This document shows, in pieces, positions 46,649 through 57,423 of a stretch of 58,754 bases of DNA. Under the pieces are notes generated by a model. That model did not search any database, was not told where the DNA came from, and saw only the letters and a list, made by a program, of their open reading frames with translations. A program made the translations under genes and the position numbers. This DNA comes from Nitrospinota bacterium. GTDB lineage: Bacteria; Nitrospinota; Nitrospinia; Nitrospinales; JACRGP01. The DNA lies in NCBI GenBank assembly GCA_016217765.1, contig JACRGP010000032.1:1-58754 (forward strand), in the 5' to 3' direction. Position 1 is the first letter of the stretch, and each line of letters begins with the position of its first letter.

Positions 46649-46681
46649 ACCCGCTCCCAGCTTCTCCCGACCCCTTCCCGG

Positions 46682-47659
46682 TCAACCGCCGCGATTTGCG
46701 GTAAGTTCTTCCAAGACCCGTATCGCTTTATCCGCGGTAGGCCAATGGCTATCCTCCGATGGCCGTTGCGTCCCCGGCGGCGGCTCCGGATTCCCGGATT
46801 GCAGGATCCTGACCTCGTTACCCAGCGGTCCCCACCGCTTCGGGTCGGTGGCGCAAAATATTCCCATGGTGGGAATGCCCATAACCGACGCCAGGTGAGT
46901 TATCCCGGAATCGTTGCCCATATAGCCCCGGCACAAGGAGAGAACGCCAGCCAGCGTTTCCAAAGGGACATTGCGGACAACCCGGGGTCCCACCGGGCGG
47001 AACGCCGAGAGGATTTCGCCGGCCATTTTCTCCTCGGCGGGACCAAGGATTAAAAGCGTTTTGAAACCCGCGTTTTTTAGCCAGCCGGCAACGGCCAGGA
47101 AACGCGGCAAGGGCCAGTTCTTCCGCTCCCCGCCGCTTCCCGGATGGATGGCCCAAACCCGCGAAGGTCCGGGGCCGACGAGCTTTCTTGCATGGTCCAG
47201 GGCCTCCGGATCCAGTTGGAATCCGGGATTGGACAAAAAAGCCGAAGGCAGATTCACGCCCGAAGCTTTCAAATAAAATTCGCTCATGTGGACCGGCTCC
47301 GGCCCGTCCGGGAATGGCGGGCAAACCCGCGCGGGACCCGGGACGGTCCTCCGCAAACTGGAACCGGCTGTCCCGTCGGGGTCCGTCAAATACGCTAGGA
47401 CCGCGTCGTATCGAGAGAAGAATGCGTTTTCCTCGGAGCAGGTCCCATAAATCCGCCAGAGATTGACATCGTCCTGGGAAAAGACCCGGTCCACGCAGGA
47501 AAAACGGGACAGCAGGCGGACGAAACGCGCGTCCGTAATCAGGTCGAGGGAGGCAGGACGGGTCCGCTGTAAAGCGTTCAAAAAAGGCAGGAGAAGCAGG
47601 ACGTCGCCCAGCGCCCCGCAACGGACAACCGCGACCTTTTTTCCGGAGGTTTGAAGCAT
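46682..47659 (-). CDS. glycosyltransferase family 9 (LPS heptosyltransferase-like)
   Basis: VVRCGALGDVLLLLPFLNAL, HPGSGGERKNWP and GNDSGITHLASVMGIPT. The start is set at MLQTSGKK (47657-47659), which leaves the queD promoter intergenic. Confidence 0.85.
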   Translation of the reverse strand: MLQTSGKKVAVVRCGALGDVLLLLPFLNALQRTRPASLDLITDARFVRLLSRFSCVDRVFSQDDVNLWRIYGTCSEENAFFSRYDAVLAYLTDPDGTAGSSLRRTVPGPARVCPPFPDGPEPVHMSEFYLKASGVNLPSAFLSNPGFQLDPEALDHARKLVGPGPSRVWAIHPGSGGERKNWPLPRFLAVAGWLKNAGFKTLLILGPAEEKMAGEILSAFRPVGPRVVRNVPLETLAGVLSLCRGYMGNDSGITHLASVMGIPTMGIFCATDPKRWGPLGNEVRILQSGNPEPPPGTQRPSEDSHWPTADKAIRVLEELTANRGG

Positions 47660-47697
47660 TGGAGAGCGGCGCCGTTTAAATCCGGACCTGAAAACAA

Positions 47698-47726
47698 TTG
47701 ACAAACATTAAAGCCTTTCCTAACAT
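47698..47726 (+). promoter_or_regulatory. possible sigma-70 promoter for the PTPS-folE pair
   Basis: TTGACA (47698-47703), a 17-nt spacer, then TAACAT (47721-47726). It lies 18 nt upstream of ATG 47745. Confidence 0.45.
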
Positions 47727-47744
47727 AACAGAGAAATCCAATCT

Positions 47745-48158
47745 ATGATTTATATTACCCGAAAAATCGATTTTTGCGCCAGCCACCGGCTTTTCAACCC
47801 CGCCTTCACCGACGAGCAAAACCAGGCCGTATTCGGCCCCTGCAACAACCCAAATGGACATGGACACAACTATACCCTTGAAGTTACAATAAAAGGAGAA
47901 CTCAATCCCGAAACGGGGATGGTGTTGAACTTTAGGTTTTTAAAAGATTTGATCAAAAGCGAAATCGCCGAAAAGATCGACCATAAAAACCTGAACCTGG
48001 ACGTTTCCTTCCTGGCCGGCTCCATACCCACGGTGGAAAACATGGCCATAAAAATATGGGGAATACTGGAAGAAAAAATCGATCACGCGCGTCTGCACGA
48101 GATCAAAATATACGAATCCGACCGCAATTGCGTCACATACAGAGGCAAATCGAAGTGA
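47745..48158 (+). CDS. 6-pyruvoyl-/6-carboxy-tetrahydropterin synthase (PTPS/QueD family)
   Basis: FCASHRL..., [11 protein letters not shown] (Zn/active-site motif) and TGMVLNF. 137 aa. Confidence 0.88.
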   Translation: MIYITRKIDFCASHRLFNPAFTDEQNQAVFGPCNNPNGHGHNYTLEVTIKGELNPETGMVLNFRFLKDLIKSEIAEKIDHKNLNLDVSFLAGSIPTVENMAIKIWGILEEKIDHARLHEIKIYESDRNCVTYRGKSK

Positions 48159-48715
48159 AAGAACTAGTAAAAAACATGTTGATCGAAATGGGGGAAGATC
48201 CCTCCCGGGAGGGACTGGCCAACACGCCCGAACGCGTCGAACGGTCCATGAAATACCTCACCAGCGGTTACTGGGTCAACATCGACGAGTTGGTGAACGA
48301 CGCGGTTTTCACCGAATCGTACAACGAAATGGTGATCGTCAAGGACATCGAGATGTTCAGCCTCTGCGAACACCATCTGTTGCCGTTTTTCGGCCGTTGC
48401 CATGTCGCGTACCTCCCCCAGGGGAAAATCATCGGGTTGAGCAAAATCCCGAGGATCGTCGACGCCTTCAGCAGAAGACTGCAAGTGCAGGAGAGGTTGA
48501 CCACGCAAATCGCCGAATGCCTGAACAAAATTCTGGAGCCCACTGGGGTGGCCGTGGTCATCGAGGCCCTTCACCTCTGCATGTCCATGCGGGGCGTGGA
48601 GAAACAGAACTCCTACGCCACCACCAGTTCCATGCTCGGCAGTTTCAAAACGGACGCCATCACCCGGAGCGAGTTTCTGAGCCTGATCCAAAACCCAAGC
48701 AACATGCGCGTGTGA
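48155..48715 (+). CDS. folE: GTP cyclohydrolase I
   Basis: [29 protein letters not shown] and QVQERLT motifs. The start is proposed at GTG 48155, overlapping the upstream stop (GTGA). ATG 48176 is an alternative. Confidence 0.92.
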   Translation: MKELVKNMLIEMGEDPSREGLANTPERVERSMKYLTSGYWVNIDELVNDAVFTESYNEMVIVKDIEMFSLCEHHLLPFFGRCHVAYLPQGKIIGLSKIPRIVDAFSRRLQVQERLTTQIAECLNKILEPTGVAVVIEALHLCMSMRGVEKQNSYATTSSMLGSFKTDAITRSEFLSLIQNPSNMRV

Positions 48716-48797
48716 CCGCGCATGCCCGGTTTGCGCGAAAAAGGTTTTTCGGCCCGGCCCGAGGGACCCATATAATAAAACCAACCCAGCCATCTTG

Positions 48798-49781
48798 ATG
48801 AACGATAACCCGGAGCGCGTCTCTTCAACCACCAAGGAACTGGTCCTTGAAAAAAGCCAGCTCCTGCCGGAGATTTTCGGCGCCCAGGACGGCAATCTCA
48901 AACAAATCGAGAAAAAGTTCAACGTCCGCGTCACCACCCGCGAAAACCAAATCAGGATCACCGGCGACCCCAAATCCGTCCAAATGGCGGAGAACCTGCT
49001 CAAGCAATTGCACGACTTGATGTCCCAGGGCAATGCCCTCGTCAACGGCGACATCAAGTTCGCCATACGGTTGGTCGCGGAAGACCCCCAGGTCGATTTA
49101 AAATCGATCTTCGCCCAGCGCATATTCATTTCGCCCAAGAGAGGATACATCACCCCGAAAGGGCTCGCTCAGCGGGAATTCATCAAGGCCATCAACGACT
49201 ACGACATCGTCCTGGGGATCGGTCCCGCCGGCACCGGGAAAACCTATCTGGCGGTAGCCATGGCGGTGGAAGGCCTGCTCAAACACAATTTCCAACGCAT
49301 CATCCTCGTCCGGCCCGCCGTGGAAGCCGGAGAAAAACTGGGTTTCCTCCCCGGCGACATCGCGGAAAAAATCAATCCCTACCTCATGCCGCTGTACGAC
49401 GCCCTGTACGACATGGTGGAATTCAACCGCGTGCAACAAATGATCCAGGACGGCATCATCGAGATCGCCCCCCTGGCCTACATGCGCGGCCGGACCCTGA
49501 ACGACTCCTTCATCATCCTGGACGAGGGCCAGAACTCGACGCCGGAACAGATGAAAATGTTTCTCACCCGCCTGGGATTCCGTTCCAAGATGGTGGTCAC
49601 GGGCGATATCACCCAGGTCGATCTGCCGAGAGAAACCCGGTCCGGACTGATCCAGGTGCAAAACATTTTGAAGGACATCGACGGCATCAAGTTCGTGTAC
49701 TTCTCCGAAAAGGACGTGGTCCGCCACGACCTGGTCAAGGAGATCGTCCGCGCCTACGACAAGAACAACGGGAAAACCTGA
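48798..49781 (+). CDS. phoH: PhoH-family ATPase with N-terminal KH-like domain
   Basis: GPAGTGKTYLAVAMAV (Walker A), FIILDEGQN (Walker B) and VVTGDITQVDLP. Confidence 0.93.
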   Translation: MNDNPERVSSTTKELVLEKSQLLPEIFGAQDGNLKQIEKKFNVRVTTRENQIRITGDPKSVQMAENLLKQLHDLMSQGNALVNGDIKFAIRLVAEDPQVDLKSIFAQRIFISPKRGYITPKGLAQREFIKAINDYDIVLGIGPAGTGKTYLAVAMAVEGLLKHNFQRIILVRPAVEAGEKLGFLPGDIAEKINPYLMPLYDALYDMVEFNRVQQMIQDGIIEIAPLAYMRGRTLNDSFIILDEGQNSTPEQMKMFLTRLGFRSKMVVTGDITQVDLPRETRSGLIQVQNILKDIDGIKFVYFSEKDVVRHDLVKEIVRAYDKNNGKT

Positions 49782-49883
49782 ACCCCGTCCCGCCCGGCAA
49801 GCGGGGATTTTCGGACCGCCCCGAAAAAACCCGTCCGGGAGCCGGGATCCCGGAACAACCTTACCCCGCAACCCAAATCGTCC

Positions 49884-50351
49884 ATGACGGTACTCCTGAG
49901 AAACGAACAAAGAAAACACAAGGTGGATTCCCGCGCCCTGAAAGCGCGGACGCAAAAAATACTGGACGGCCTGCATTGCCCGGACGACGAGGTCAGCATC
50001 CTCCTGGTCAACGACGCCAAAATCCGGAAACTCAACGCCCGGTACAGAAACATCGACTCCGCCACGGACGTGTTGTCCTTCCCCCAGGAGGACGACCCCG
50101 CGGGAGAAATGGGTTTCCGTCTGCTGGGCGACGTCGTGGTTTCCCTGGAGACCGCCCGTCCGCAGGCGAAGGAACATCGCCTTTCCCTCGAAGAAGAGTT
50201 GATCCTTTTAATAATTCACGGCATACTGCATCTTTCAGGCATGGATCACGAACGGTCCGCCCAGGAGGCCCGGCGGATGAGACAAAAAACCGCCAGACTG
50301 TTCGGGAACATCTTTCCCGGCCGTAAACCCGGCGGGACCTGCGCCTACTGA
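49884..50351 (+). CDS. ybeY: rRNA maturation endoribonuclease YbeY
   Basis: HGILHLSGMDHE zinc-binding motif, 155 aa, immediately after phoH. Confidence 0.93.
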   Translation: MTVLLRNEQRKHKVDSRALKARTQKILDGLHCPDDEVSILLVNDAKIRKLNARYRNIDSATDVLSFPQEDDPAGEMGFRLLGDVVVSLETARPQAKEHRLSLEEELILLIIHGILHLSGMDHERSAQEARRMRQKTARLFGNIFPGRKPGGTCAY

Positions 50352-50382
50352 ACCCTAACGACCGCTGAAGGAAGACCGCGCC

Positions 50383-50871
50383 ATGAAGTGCCTTTGGGCT
50401 CCCTGGAGAATGGAATACATCCGGCAGGAAAAAGCCGGCGATTGCATCTTCTGCTCCCTGCCCCGCGCCGGGGACGACGCGCAACATTATATCTTGCGCA
50501 GGGACTCGCTTTGTTTTGTCATCATGAACGTTTTTCCATACAACTGCGGCCACGTGATGGTTTCCCCGTTCGTCCACGTCAACTGCATCACCAAACTGGA
50601 CCGGGCCCAGATGGACCAAATGGGCGCCCTGACGCAAAAGTGCGTGGAAATCCTCTCCGCCGCATATGCGCCCGACGGCTTCAACATCGGCCTTAACCTG
50701 GGGAAATCCGCGGGGGCCGGGTATGACGAGCACATCCATACCCACATCGTGCCCCGGTGGAACGGGGACACCAATTTCATGCCGGCGCTGGGGGAGACCA
50801 AGGTCCATCCCGAACACCTCCGCGCGACCTATGACCGGCTGGCCCCCCTGTTTCAAAAAATAAAGCTTTAA
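50383..50871 (+). CDS. HIT-family nucleotide hydrolase/phosphorylase
   Basis: N-terminal CIFC and the histidine-triad motif HIHTHIVPRW. Confidence 0.85.
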   Translation: MKCLWAPWRMEYIRQEKAGDCIFCSLPRAGDDAQHYILRRDSLCFVIMNVFPYNCGHVMVSPFVHVNCITKLDRAQMDQMGALTQKCVEILSAAYAPDGFNIGLNLGKSAGAGYDEHIHTHIVPRWNGDTNFMPALGETKVHPEHLRATYDRLAPLFQKIKL

Positions 50872-50882
50872 GAAATTTCCAC

Positions 50883-53546
50883 ATGTCAGCGGCCCTCAAA
50901 ACCGATCCGGCGGCGGAAGACGATACCCCGATGATGCAACAGTACCAGCGCATCAAAAGGGACTACCCCCAAGCCATCCTCTTTTACCGGATGGGCGATT
51001 TCTACGAGATGTTCAACGAAGACGCCAGGACCGCGTCGCCCATACTGGAAATCGCCCTCACTTCGCGCAACAAAAACAAATCCAACCCCGTGCCCATGTG
51101 CGGCGTCCCCTATCATTCCGCGAACGCCTACATCGCCAAACTGCTCAAGGCCGGGAAAATCGTGGCCATCTGCGAGCAGATGGAGGACCCGCGGTTCGCC
51201 AAGGGGATCGTCAAGCGCGAGGTGGTCCGCGTCATCACCCCCGGGACCGTCCTCGACGACAACCTCCTGGACCCCAGGAACCACCAGTTCCTGGCGGCGA
51301 TTTCGTTCGGAGAGGACGGCTTCGGCCTGGCCGCTCTGGACCTGACCACGGGACTGTTCAGGACGACCGAGATCGACGGCGAATCCGCCGAATCGCTATT
51401 GAAGGACGAGTTGGATAAAATAGAAGCCAAGGAAATCCTCGTCCCCGAATCGGCCCTGAACCAGGACGGCGGAAAATGGAACTGGCTGAACGAGGACCAG
51501 CGCTACTTGCGGCCCTATGAAGACTGGGCTTTTTCGCGCGCACAGGCCCACCGGCTCCTGCTGGAACATTTCAAGGCCGCCTCCCTGGAAGGGTTCGGTT
51601 GCGAACATCTGAGCAAGGCCGTGTCCGCGGCGGGCGCGATCGTCCAATACCTGTACGACACGCAGAAATCCGCCCTCGACCACATCGCCTCCCTTTCCAC
51701 GTTCAACATCCGCAATTACATGGCCCTCGACCAGGCCACCGTCAAGAGCCTCGAACTGGTCCAATCCAGCCAGGGATCGCGCAAAAACTCCCTGCTCGAC
51801 GCGCTGGACCTCGCCTTGACCCCCATGGGGTCCCGGAAGATCAAGGAATGGATATTGAAACCCCTTGTGCACGGGCAGGACATCGAAACGCGGCTGGCGT
51901 CGGTGGAGGAATTCAAAAACGACCTCATCCTCAGGACCGACCTGCGCGAACGGCTCCGCCGGATCTTCGACCTCGAAAGGCTTTTGGCGCGCATTTCGCT
52001 CGCCGCCGGGAGCCCGCGGGACCTGGCCGCGCTCAAAAACTCCATCGCCGTTTTTCCGGAAATCCGGGAGATCCTCGGCCGGGACCCGTCCTCCGCCCTG
52101 TCCCGGCGCCTTGAAACCTGGGACAATCTCGAGTCCATACGCGACCTCATCGACCGGACCGTCGTCGACGACCCCCCGCCGAACGTCAAGGACGGAAACC
52201 TGGTCCGGCCGGGATGCAACGAGGAACTGGACCGGTTGCGAAACGTCAGCAAAAACGGCAAGAGCTGGATCGCGGCCCTGGAGGAAAAAGAACGCGCCCG
52301 AACGGGCATATCGCTCCTGAAAGTCGGATACAACAAAATCTACGGCTACTATATCGAAGTCACCAAGAAGAACGCCGACCGCGTCCCGCCGGACTACATC
52401 CGGAAACAGTCCCTGGTCAACGCCGAACGCTACGCCTCCCCCGAGCTCAAGGACTACGAGGCGGAGATAACCGGGGCGGAGGAAAAGATCGCCGCCCTCG
52501 AGGCCGAACTGTTTCAGCAAACGCGGCGAGCGGTGGCCGCCGAAGGGGCGCGCATCCAAAAGATGGCCGGGACTGTCAGCGAGATCGACGCGCTCGCCGC
52601 CTTCGCGGAAGCGGCCCACCGCCACGATTACGCGCGCCCGCTCATCGACGACGGCTTGACCCTGCGAATAGACAACGGACGCCACCCGCTGGTGGAACGC
52701 CTGGCGACGTCCAGCCGGTTCATCCCCAACGACGCGCATCTCGACTGCGGCGAAAACCAGATCATGATCATCACCGGGCCGAACATGGCGGGCAAATCCA
52801 CCTACCTGCGGCAGACCGCCCTCATCGCGCTCATGGCCCAGATCGGGAGTTTCGTCCCCGCGGACCGGGCGGAAATCGGCCTGGTGGACCGGATCTTTTC
52901 CCGCGTGGGGGCGCAGGACTTTCTCCTCAAGGGCCAGTCCACGTTCATGGTGGAAATGAACGAGACCGCCAACATCCTGAACAACGCCACCCGGAAGAGT
53001 CTCATCGTCCTGGACGAGATCGGCCGGGGGACCAGCACTTTCGACGGCATCAGCATCGCCTGGTCCATCGTCGAATACCTGCACGGCGCCAACCGCATCG
53101 GCGCCAAGACCCTGTTCGCCACCCACTACCACGAACTGACGGAACTGGCCGCGACGCTTCCCGGGGTCAAGAACTATAACATCCAGGTCAGGGAATGGAA
53201 CGACGAGATCGTCTTCCTCAGAAAAATCGTCCCCGGCGGCGCGGACAAGAGTTATGGGATCCAGGTGGCCCGGCTGGCGGGCCTGCCGGAACAAGTCCTC
53301 AAGCGCGCCCGCGAAGTATTGCTCAACCTTGAAAACAGCGAGTTCGACGAAGTCGGGACGCCCAGGATAGGCCACTCGCAGGAAACGCCGGAAACCGCCG
53401 TCCCGCAACAACTGAACCTGTTCAACGAAACGGAGCGCTCCCTCGTCCGCAAGTTAAAAGAGGTCCATCCGGACGAACTGAGCCCCCGTCAAGCCTTGGA
53501 CTTGATTTTCGAATTAACCCAACTGATCCGGGAAAGGAGTTTATGA
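50883..53546 (+). CDS. mutS: DNA mismatch repair protein MutS
   Basis: TPMMQQY...FYRMGDFYEMF (mismatch-binding), GPNMAGKSTYLRQ (Walker A), DEIGRGTSTFDG. 887 aa. Confidence 0.98.
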   Translation: MSAALKTDPAAEDDTPMMQQYQRIKRDYPQAILFYRMGDFYEMFNEDARTASPILEIALTSRNKNKSNPVPMCGVPYHSANAYIAKLLKAGKIVAICEQMEDPRFAKGIVKREVVRVITPGTVLDDNLLDPRNHQFLAAISFGEDGFGLAALDLTTGLFRTTEIDGESAESLLKDELDKIEAKEILVPESALNQDGGKWNWLNEDQRYLRPYEDWAFSRAQAHRLLLEHFKAASLEGFGCEHLSKAVSAAGAIVQYLYDTQKSALDHIASLSTFNIRNYMALDQATVKSLELVQSSQGSRKNSLLDALDLALTPMGSRKIKEWILKPLVHGQDIETRLASVEEFKNDLILRTDLRERLRRIFDLERLLARISLAAGSPRDLAALKNSIAVFPEIREILGRDPSSALSRRLETWDNLESIRDLIDRTVVDDPPPNVKDGNLVRPGCNEELDRLRNVSKNGKSWIAALEEKERARTGISLLKVGYNKIYGYYIEVTKKNADRVPPDYIRKQSLVNAERYASPELKDYEAEITGAEEKIAALEAELFQQTRRAVAAEGARIQKMAGTVSEIDALAAFAEAAHRHDYARPLIDDGLTLRIDNGRHPLVERLATSSRFIPNDAHLDCGENQIMIITGPNMAGKSTYLRQTALIALMAQIGSFVPADRAEIGLVDRIFSRVGAQDFLLKGQSTFMVEMNETANILNNATRKSLIVLDEIGRGTSTFDGISIAWSIVEYLHGANRIGAKTLFATHYHELTELAATLPGVKNYNIQVREWNDEIVFLRKIVPGGADKSYGIQVARLAGLPEQVLKRAREVLLNLENSEFDEVGTPRIGHSQETPETAVPQQLNLFNETERSLVRKLKEVHPDELSPRQALDLIFELTQLIRERSL

Positions 53547-54466
53547 ACATACTGGTCACCGGCGGAGCCGGATTCATAGGGTCCCATATAGCCAGGGCCT
53601 GTCTCGAAGCCCATCACAAGGTGACGGTCCTGGACAACCTCTCCGCGGGAAGCAGGGAAGCCGTCCCGCAAGGAGCCGCGTTTTATCAAATGGATTTACG
53701 GGACCCCGAAGTTCTGAATGTCCTTAAAAAGGAAAAAATCGAAGCCATCAATCACCATGCGGCGCAAATTTCCGTCCATCAATCCGTCGCCGACCCCGTT
53801 TTCGACGCCAACTCCAATATTATTGGGACTTTACAATTACTGCAAAACGCGGTAAACTGTGGCGTTCAAAAATTCGTTTTCGCTTCCACGGGAGGAGCCG
53901 TTTATGGCGAGCAGGATTGTTTTCCGGCAGGCGAGGATCATCCCTGCAGGCCGCTGACTCCCTATGCGATCGCCAAACTCTGCGTGGAACATTATTTGGC
54001 GTTTTACCGAAGGAATTTCGATCTCAATTACGCCGTTTTGCGTTATAGCAACGTCTTCGGCCCGGGCCAGAACTCCCATGGAGAAGCCGGCGTCGTCGCC
54101 ATATTCTGCCAGCGGTTGAACGCCGGCAAACCCCTCGTTATTTTCGGCGACGGCGGGCAAACGCGGGACTTCATATCCGTCCGGGACGTGGTGAAAGCCA
54201 ACCTCCTGGCATTGAAACCGGAATGCCAGGGGACGTTCAACGTTGGGACGGCAAAGGAAACCTCGGTTAAGGCATTGGCGGAGCGCCTCGTCAAACTGTC
54301 CGGACGGAATTCGAGAATCGAATTTGCCGCGCCCCGCCATTACGAACAACGCCGAAGTTCCATCGACTACGGCAAGCTCAACAAATCGTTCGGTTGGAAA
54401 CCGGAGCTTTCCCTGGAGGAGGGATTGAGTGAAACCCTGGACTACTTTTCAAACGAAGCGCATTAA
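53543..54466 (+). CDS. NAD-dependent epimerase/dehydratase (GalE-like SDR)
   Basis: VTGGAGFIGSH Rossmann motif and YAIAKL (YxxxK). Its start overlaps the mutS stop. Confidence 0.85.
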   Translation: MNILVTGGAGFIGSHIARACLEAHHKVTVLDNLSAGSREAVPQGAAFYQMDLRDPEVLNVLKKEKIEAINHHAAQISVHQSVADPVFDANSNIIGTLQLLQNAVNCGVQKFVFASTGGAVYGEQDCFPAGEDHPCRPLTPYAIAKLCVEHYLAFYRRNFDLNYAVLRYSNVFGPGQNSHGEAGVVAIFCQRLNAGKPLVIFGDGGQTRDFISVRDVVKANLLALKPECQGTFNVGTAKETSVKALAERLVKLSGRNSRIEFAAPRHYEQRRSSIDYGKLNKSFGWKPELSLEEGLSETLDYFSNEAH

Positions 54467-55124
54467 AACCTCGTTATTGGCCTTGACGCTTGGGTTGACG
54501 CTGTGCCTGGCGTCCGCCGCCTTTGCCGCCGATCCGGCCATCGTCAACATCAGCGTCGGCAAATCCGGCAATCTCGTCACCATGGACGCCACGCTGGCCG
54601 ACGGGTTCAACGACAGTATTCTCGAGGCCATCGAAAGCGGGGTCCCCATGACGTTCACCTACCATATCGAACTGCGCCAGATGGAAACCTTGTGGCTCGA
54701 CAAGCTGATCGGCTCCGCCACCATCGAAAACACGGTCCAATACGACTCGCTTAAAAAGGTTTACCGGTTTTCCTCCAGCGGGAAGAACGTCAAACGCAAA
54801 GTCATCACCCGCGACAAGACTCTTTACCAGAAACTGATGCTCACGCTGGAAAGCATTCCCATCGCTTCCGCATACAAATTGAAGCCCGAGGACAATTATT
54901 ACGTCCGGGTAAAAGCCGACCTGGAGACCGATCGTCTTTGGTTCCCGTTCAACTACCTGCTCTTCTTCGTCCCGTTCAACGATTTCAAGACCGCCTGGTC
55001 CAAATCCTCCCCGCTCAAGATAATGGACTCCGATTCCCCCGAGGAATCCTTCGCCAAATCCCCCCAGCCGGACGTCGGCGATTCCAAGGTCATGAACCAT
55101 GTCATCCGTTCCTTCAATCGATAA
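54429..55124 (+). CDS. DUF4390-like secreted protein
   Basis: Signal peptide LLALTLGLTLCLASAAFA. FTYHIELRQ...YDSLKKVYRFS... resembles DUF4390, which commonly precedes NtrY-like kinases. GTG start. Confidence 0.6.
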   Translation: MKPWTTFQTKRIKTSLLALTLGLTLCLASAAFAADPAIVNISVGKSGNLVTMDATLADGFNDSILEAIESGVPMTFTYHIELRQMETLWLDKLIGSATIENTVQYDSLKKVYRFSSSGKNVKRKVITRDKTLYQKLMLTLESIPIASAYKLKPEDNYYVRVKADLETDRLWFPFNYLLFFVPFNDFKTAWSKSSPLKIMDSDSPEESFAKSPQPDVGDSKVMNHVIRSFNR

Positions 55125-57423
55125 CCTTCGCTATTCGCCGCTCTCCGAGGAACAGGTTCGAAGAAAGAAAATACGGACGCGCCGGATCATCGTCGGGATC
55201 CTGTTGTCGCTCGCCGGCCTGACCGCGCTGGAGGTCTATATCCTCCAGCAACGCCACAGCGGCGCCCCCATCGCCAACAACATCGCCATCCTCGTCGTTT
55301 TCAACGTCATCATCGTCCTGCTGTTCGTTTTGCTCCTGCTCATCACGAGGAACCTGGTCAAGCTATACAACGAACGCAAAAGCAAGATCCTGGGCTCGAA
55401 GTTCCAGACGAAGCTCATCGTGGCCTTTTTGATCCTCGCCCTGTTCCCGTCGATTTTCCTGTTCCTCGTGGCCAGCAAATTGTTCAGCTTCAGCGTGGGC
55501 CATTGGTTCAGCCTGCAAGTGGAGCGCTCGCTGGAACAGTCCATGCAAGTGGCGCGCGAATATTACGCCCACCTGGAGAAAAGCGGTCTGCACAGCGCCA
55601 GGACGATCGAGGGCTACATGACCCAAAACCGTTATTACCTCCCCGAAAACCGGCCCCAACTCAGCGAGCTCGTCGCCGCCCGAGTCCGGGAATACGGCTT
55701 GAGCGGAATCGTCATTTACGACAGCGACCTGAAAGTCGTCGTCTCGGAAATTCCCAACCCCTCGAAGCTTGATATCGCGGATCCGAACTACCTGGACCTG
55801 ATCAAAAAGAGCGTCGATGGGGAAGGCGTTTCCGAGATCCGCTCCTCCTCGGACAAGGGGGATTTCATGGCGGTGGCCCTGCCGCTCACCCAAACTTTCG
55901 AGGGGAAGATTTCCATCTGGGGATACATCGTCACCCTAAGCTCCCTCCCCAGGAATATCGCCGCGAAAGTCGAAAGCATCCGTTCGGCTTACGAGGAGTA
56001 CCGGCAACAAAGCCTCCTCAAACTACCGGTCAGCGCCAACTACTACGTCACCTTCCTGCTGGTCACTCTTTTGATCCTGTTTTCCGCGATCTGGCTCGGA
56101 TTCTACATGGCCCGGGGCATAACCATACCCATCCAACAGTTGGCGGAAGGCACCCGTAGAATCGCCGGGGGCGACCTGAACTTCATGATCTCGAGCAACG
56201 CCAGCGACGAGATCGGCCTGCTCGTCCATTCCTTCAACAAGATGACCGACGAACTCGGCCAGAACCGGAAAAAACTGCAATACGTCAACGAGGACTTGAA
56301 AACCACCAATATCGAGTTGGAACGCCGGCGGTATTACATCGAAACGATCCTCGAAAACATCGGGGCGGGAGTGATCTCCGTGGACAAAAAGGGACGCATC
56401 ACCACCCTCAACAAGGCGGCCAAACGGATCCTCCACATGGACTCCCCGGACGTCCTCGGGTCGAGTTACCGGGACGTTTTCGACCCGTCCTTCCACGAGC
56501 CCATACGCAAAATAACCCGGCTCATGATCCGGGAGCAAAAGGAGTCTTACGAGCAACAAATCGAGATCATGGTGGGGGACAACCATCTCGCCCTGTTGGT
56601 CAACCTCAGGGCCCTGCTCGGCTCGGGGAAAAAATACCTCGGCATGGTCATCCTGTTCGAGGACCTGACCCAGATGATCAAGGCCCAGAAGATAGCCGCG
56701 TGGAAGGAAGTGGCGCAAGGCATCGCCCATGAAATAAAAAATCCCCTCACCCCCATCCAGCTCAACACCCAGCGCCTGCGGAAAAAATATTACGAGAACA
56801 AGGAGGACTTTGCCCGGGTCTTCGACGAAAGCATCCGGATCATCAACCAAGAAGTGGAGGGGATGAAGGACCTGCTCAACGAGTTTCTCAACTTCTCCCG
56901 CATGCCGACCCCAAATCCGAAACCCGTCTCCCTGCACAAAATCATCGACGACGTCGCCAGTCTGTACCGGGACCACGGCAAAAACGTTTCCATCAGGAAG
57001 AATTACGACCCCAACATCTCCCTGCTGAACATCGACGGGGAACAGATACGCCGGGTCTTCATCAACCTGTTCGAAAACGCCCTGGACGCGGTCGACGAAA
57101 ACGGCTCGATCGAAATCGCCACGCGCTTGAACAACCAGGAAAAGCGCGTGAAGATCGAGTTTTCCGACAACGGCGTGGGCATCCTCCCGGCCGACAGGGA
57201 CAAGCTCTTCCTGCCCCACTTCACCACCAAGAAGCGCGGGGCCGGACTGGGCCTGGCCATCGTCCACCGGATCATCGCCGACCACAACGGCGCCATCAAC
57301 GCGCGGGACCATTCTCCCAAGGGGACCGTTTTCATCATCGAACTGCCGACGGCCCCGCAAATCCTCCAATCGACGCCGTTGATGAAAGAGACGGAATTTC
57401 GCAAGACCTCCCCGCCCATTTGA
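55099..57423 (+). CDS. NtrY-like sensor histidine kinase (TM-HAMP-PAS-HisKA-HATPase)
   Basis: Four N-terminal TMs, a HAMP domain (PIQQLAEGTRRIAGGDL), a PAS domain, an H-box AHEIKNPLTPIQL, an N-box NLFENALDA, and G-boxes DNGVGI and GAGLGLAIV. Confidence 0.9.
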   Translation: MSSVPSIDNLRYSPLSEEQVRRKKIRTRRIIVGILLSLAGLTALEVYILQQRHSGAPIANNIAILVVFNVIIVLLFVLLLLITRNLVKLYNERKSKILGSKFQTKLIVAFLILALFPSIFLFLVASKLFSFSVGHWFSLQVERSLEQSMQVAREYYAHLEKSGLHSARTIEGYMTQNRYYLPENRPQLSELVAARVREYGLSGIVIYDSDLKVVVSEIPNPSKLDIADPNYLDLIKKSVDGEGVSEIRSSSDKGDFMAVALPLTQTFEGKISIWGYIVTLSSLPRNIAAKVESIRSAYEEYRQQSLLKLPVSANYYVTFLLVTLLILFSAIWLGFYMARGITIPIQQLAEGTRRIAGGDLNFMISSNASDEIGLLVHSFNKMTDELGQNRKKLQYVNEDLKTTNIELERRRYYIETILENIGAGVISVDKKGRITTLNKAAKRILHMDSPDVLGSSYRDVFDPSFHEPIRKITRLMIREQKESYEQQIEIMVGDNHLALLVNLRALLGSGKKYLGMVILFEDLTQMIKAQKIAAWKEVAQGIAHEIKNPLTPIQLNTQRLRKKYYENKEDFARVFDESIRIINQEVEGMKDLLNEFLNFSRMPTPNPKPVSLHKIIDDVASLYRDHGKNVSIRKNYDPNISLLNIDGEQIRRVFINLFENALDAVDENGSIEIATRLNNQEKRVKIEFSDNGVGILPADRDKLFLPHFTTKKRGAGLGLAIVHRIIADHNGAINARDHSPKGTVFIIELPTAPQILQSTPLMKETEFRKTSPPI

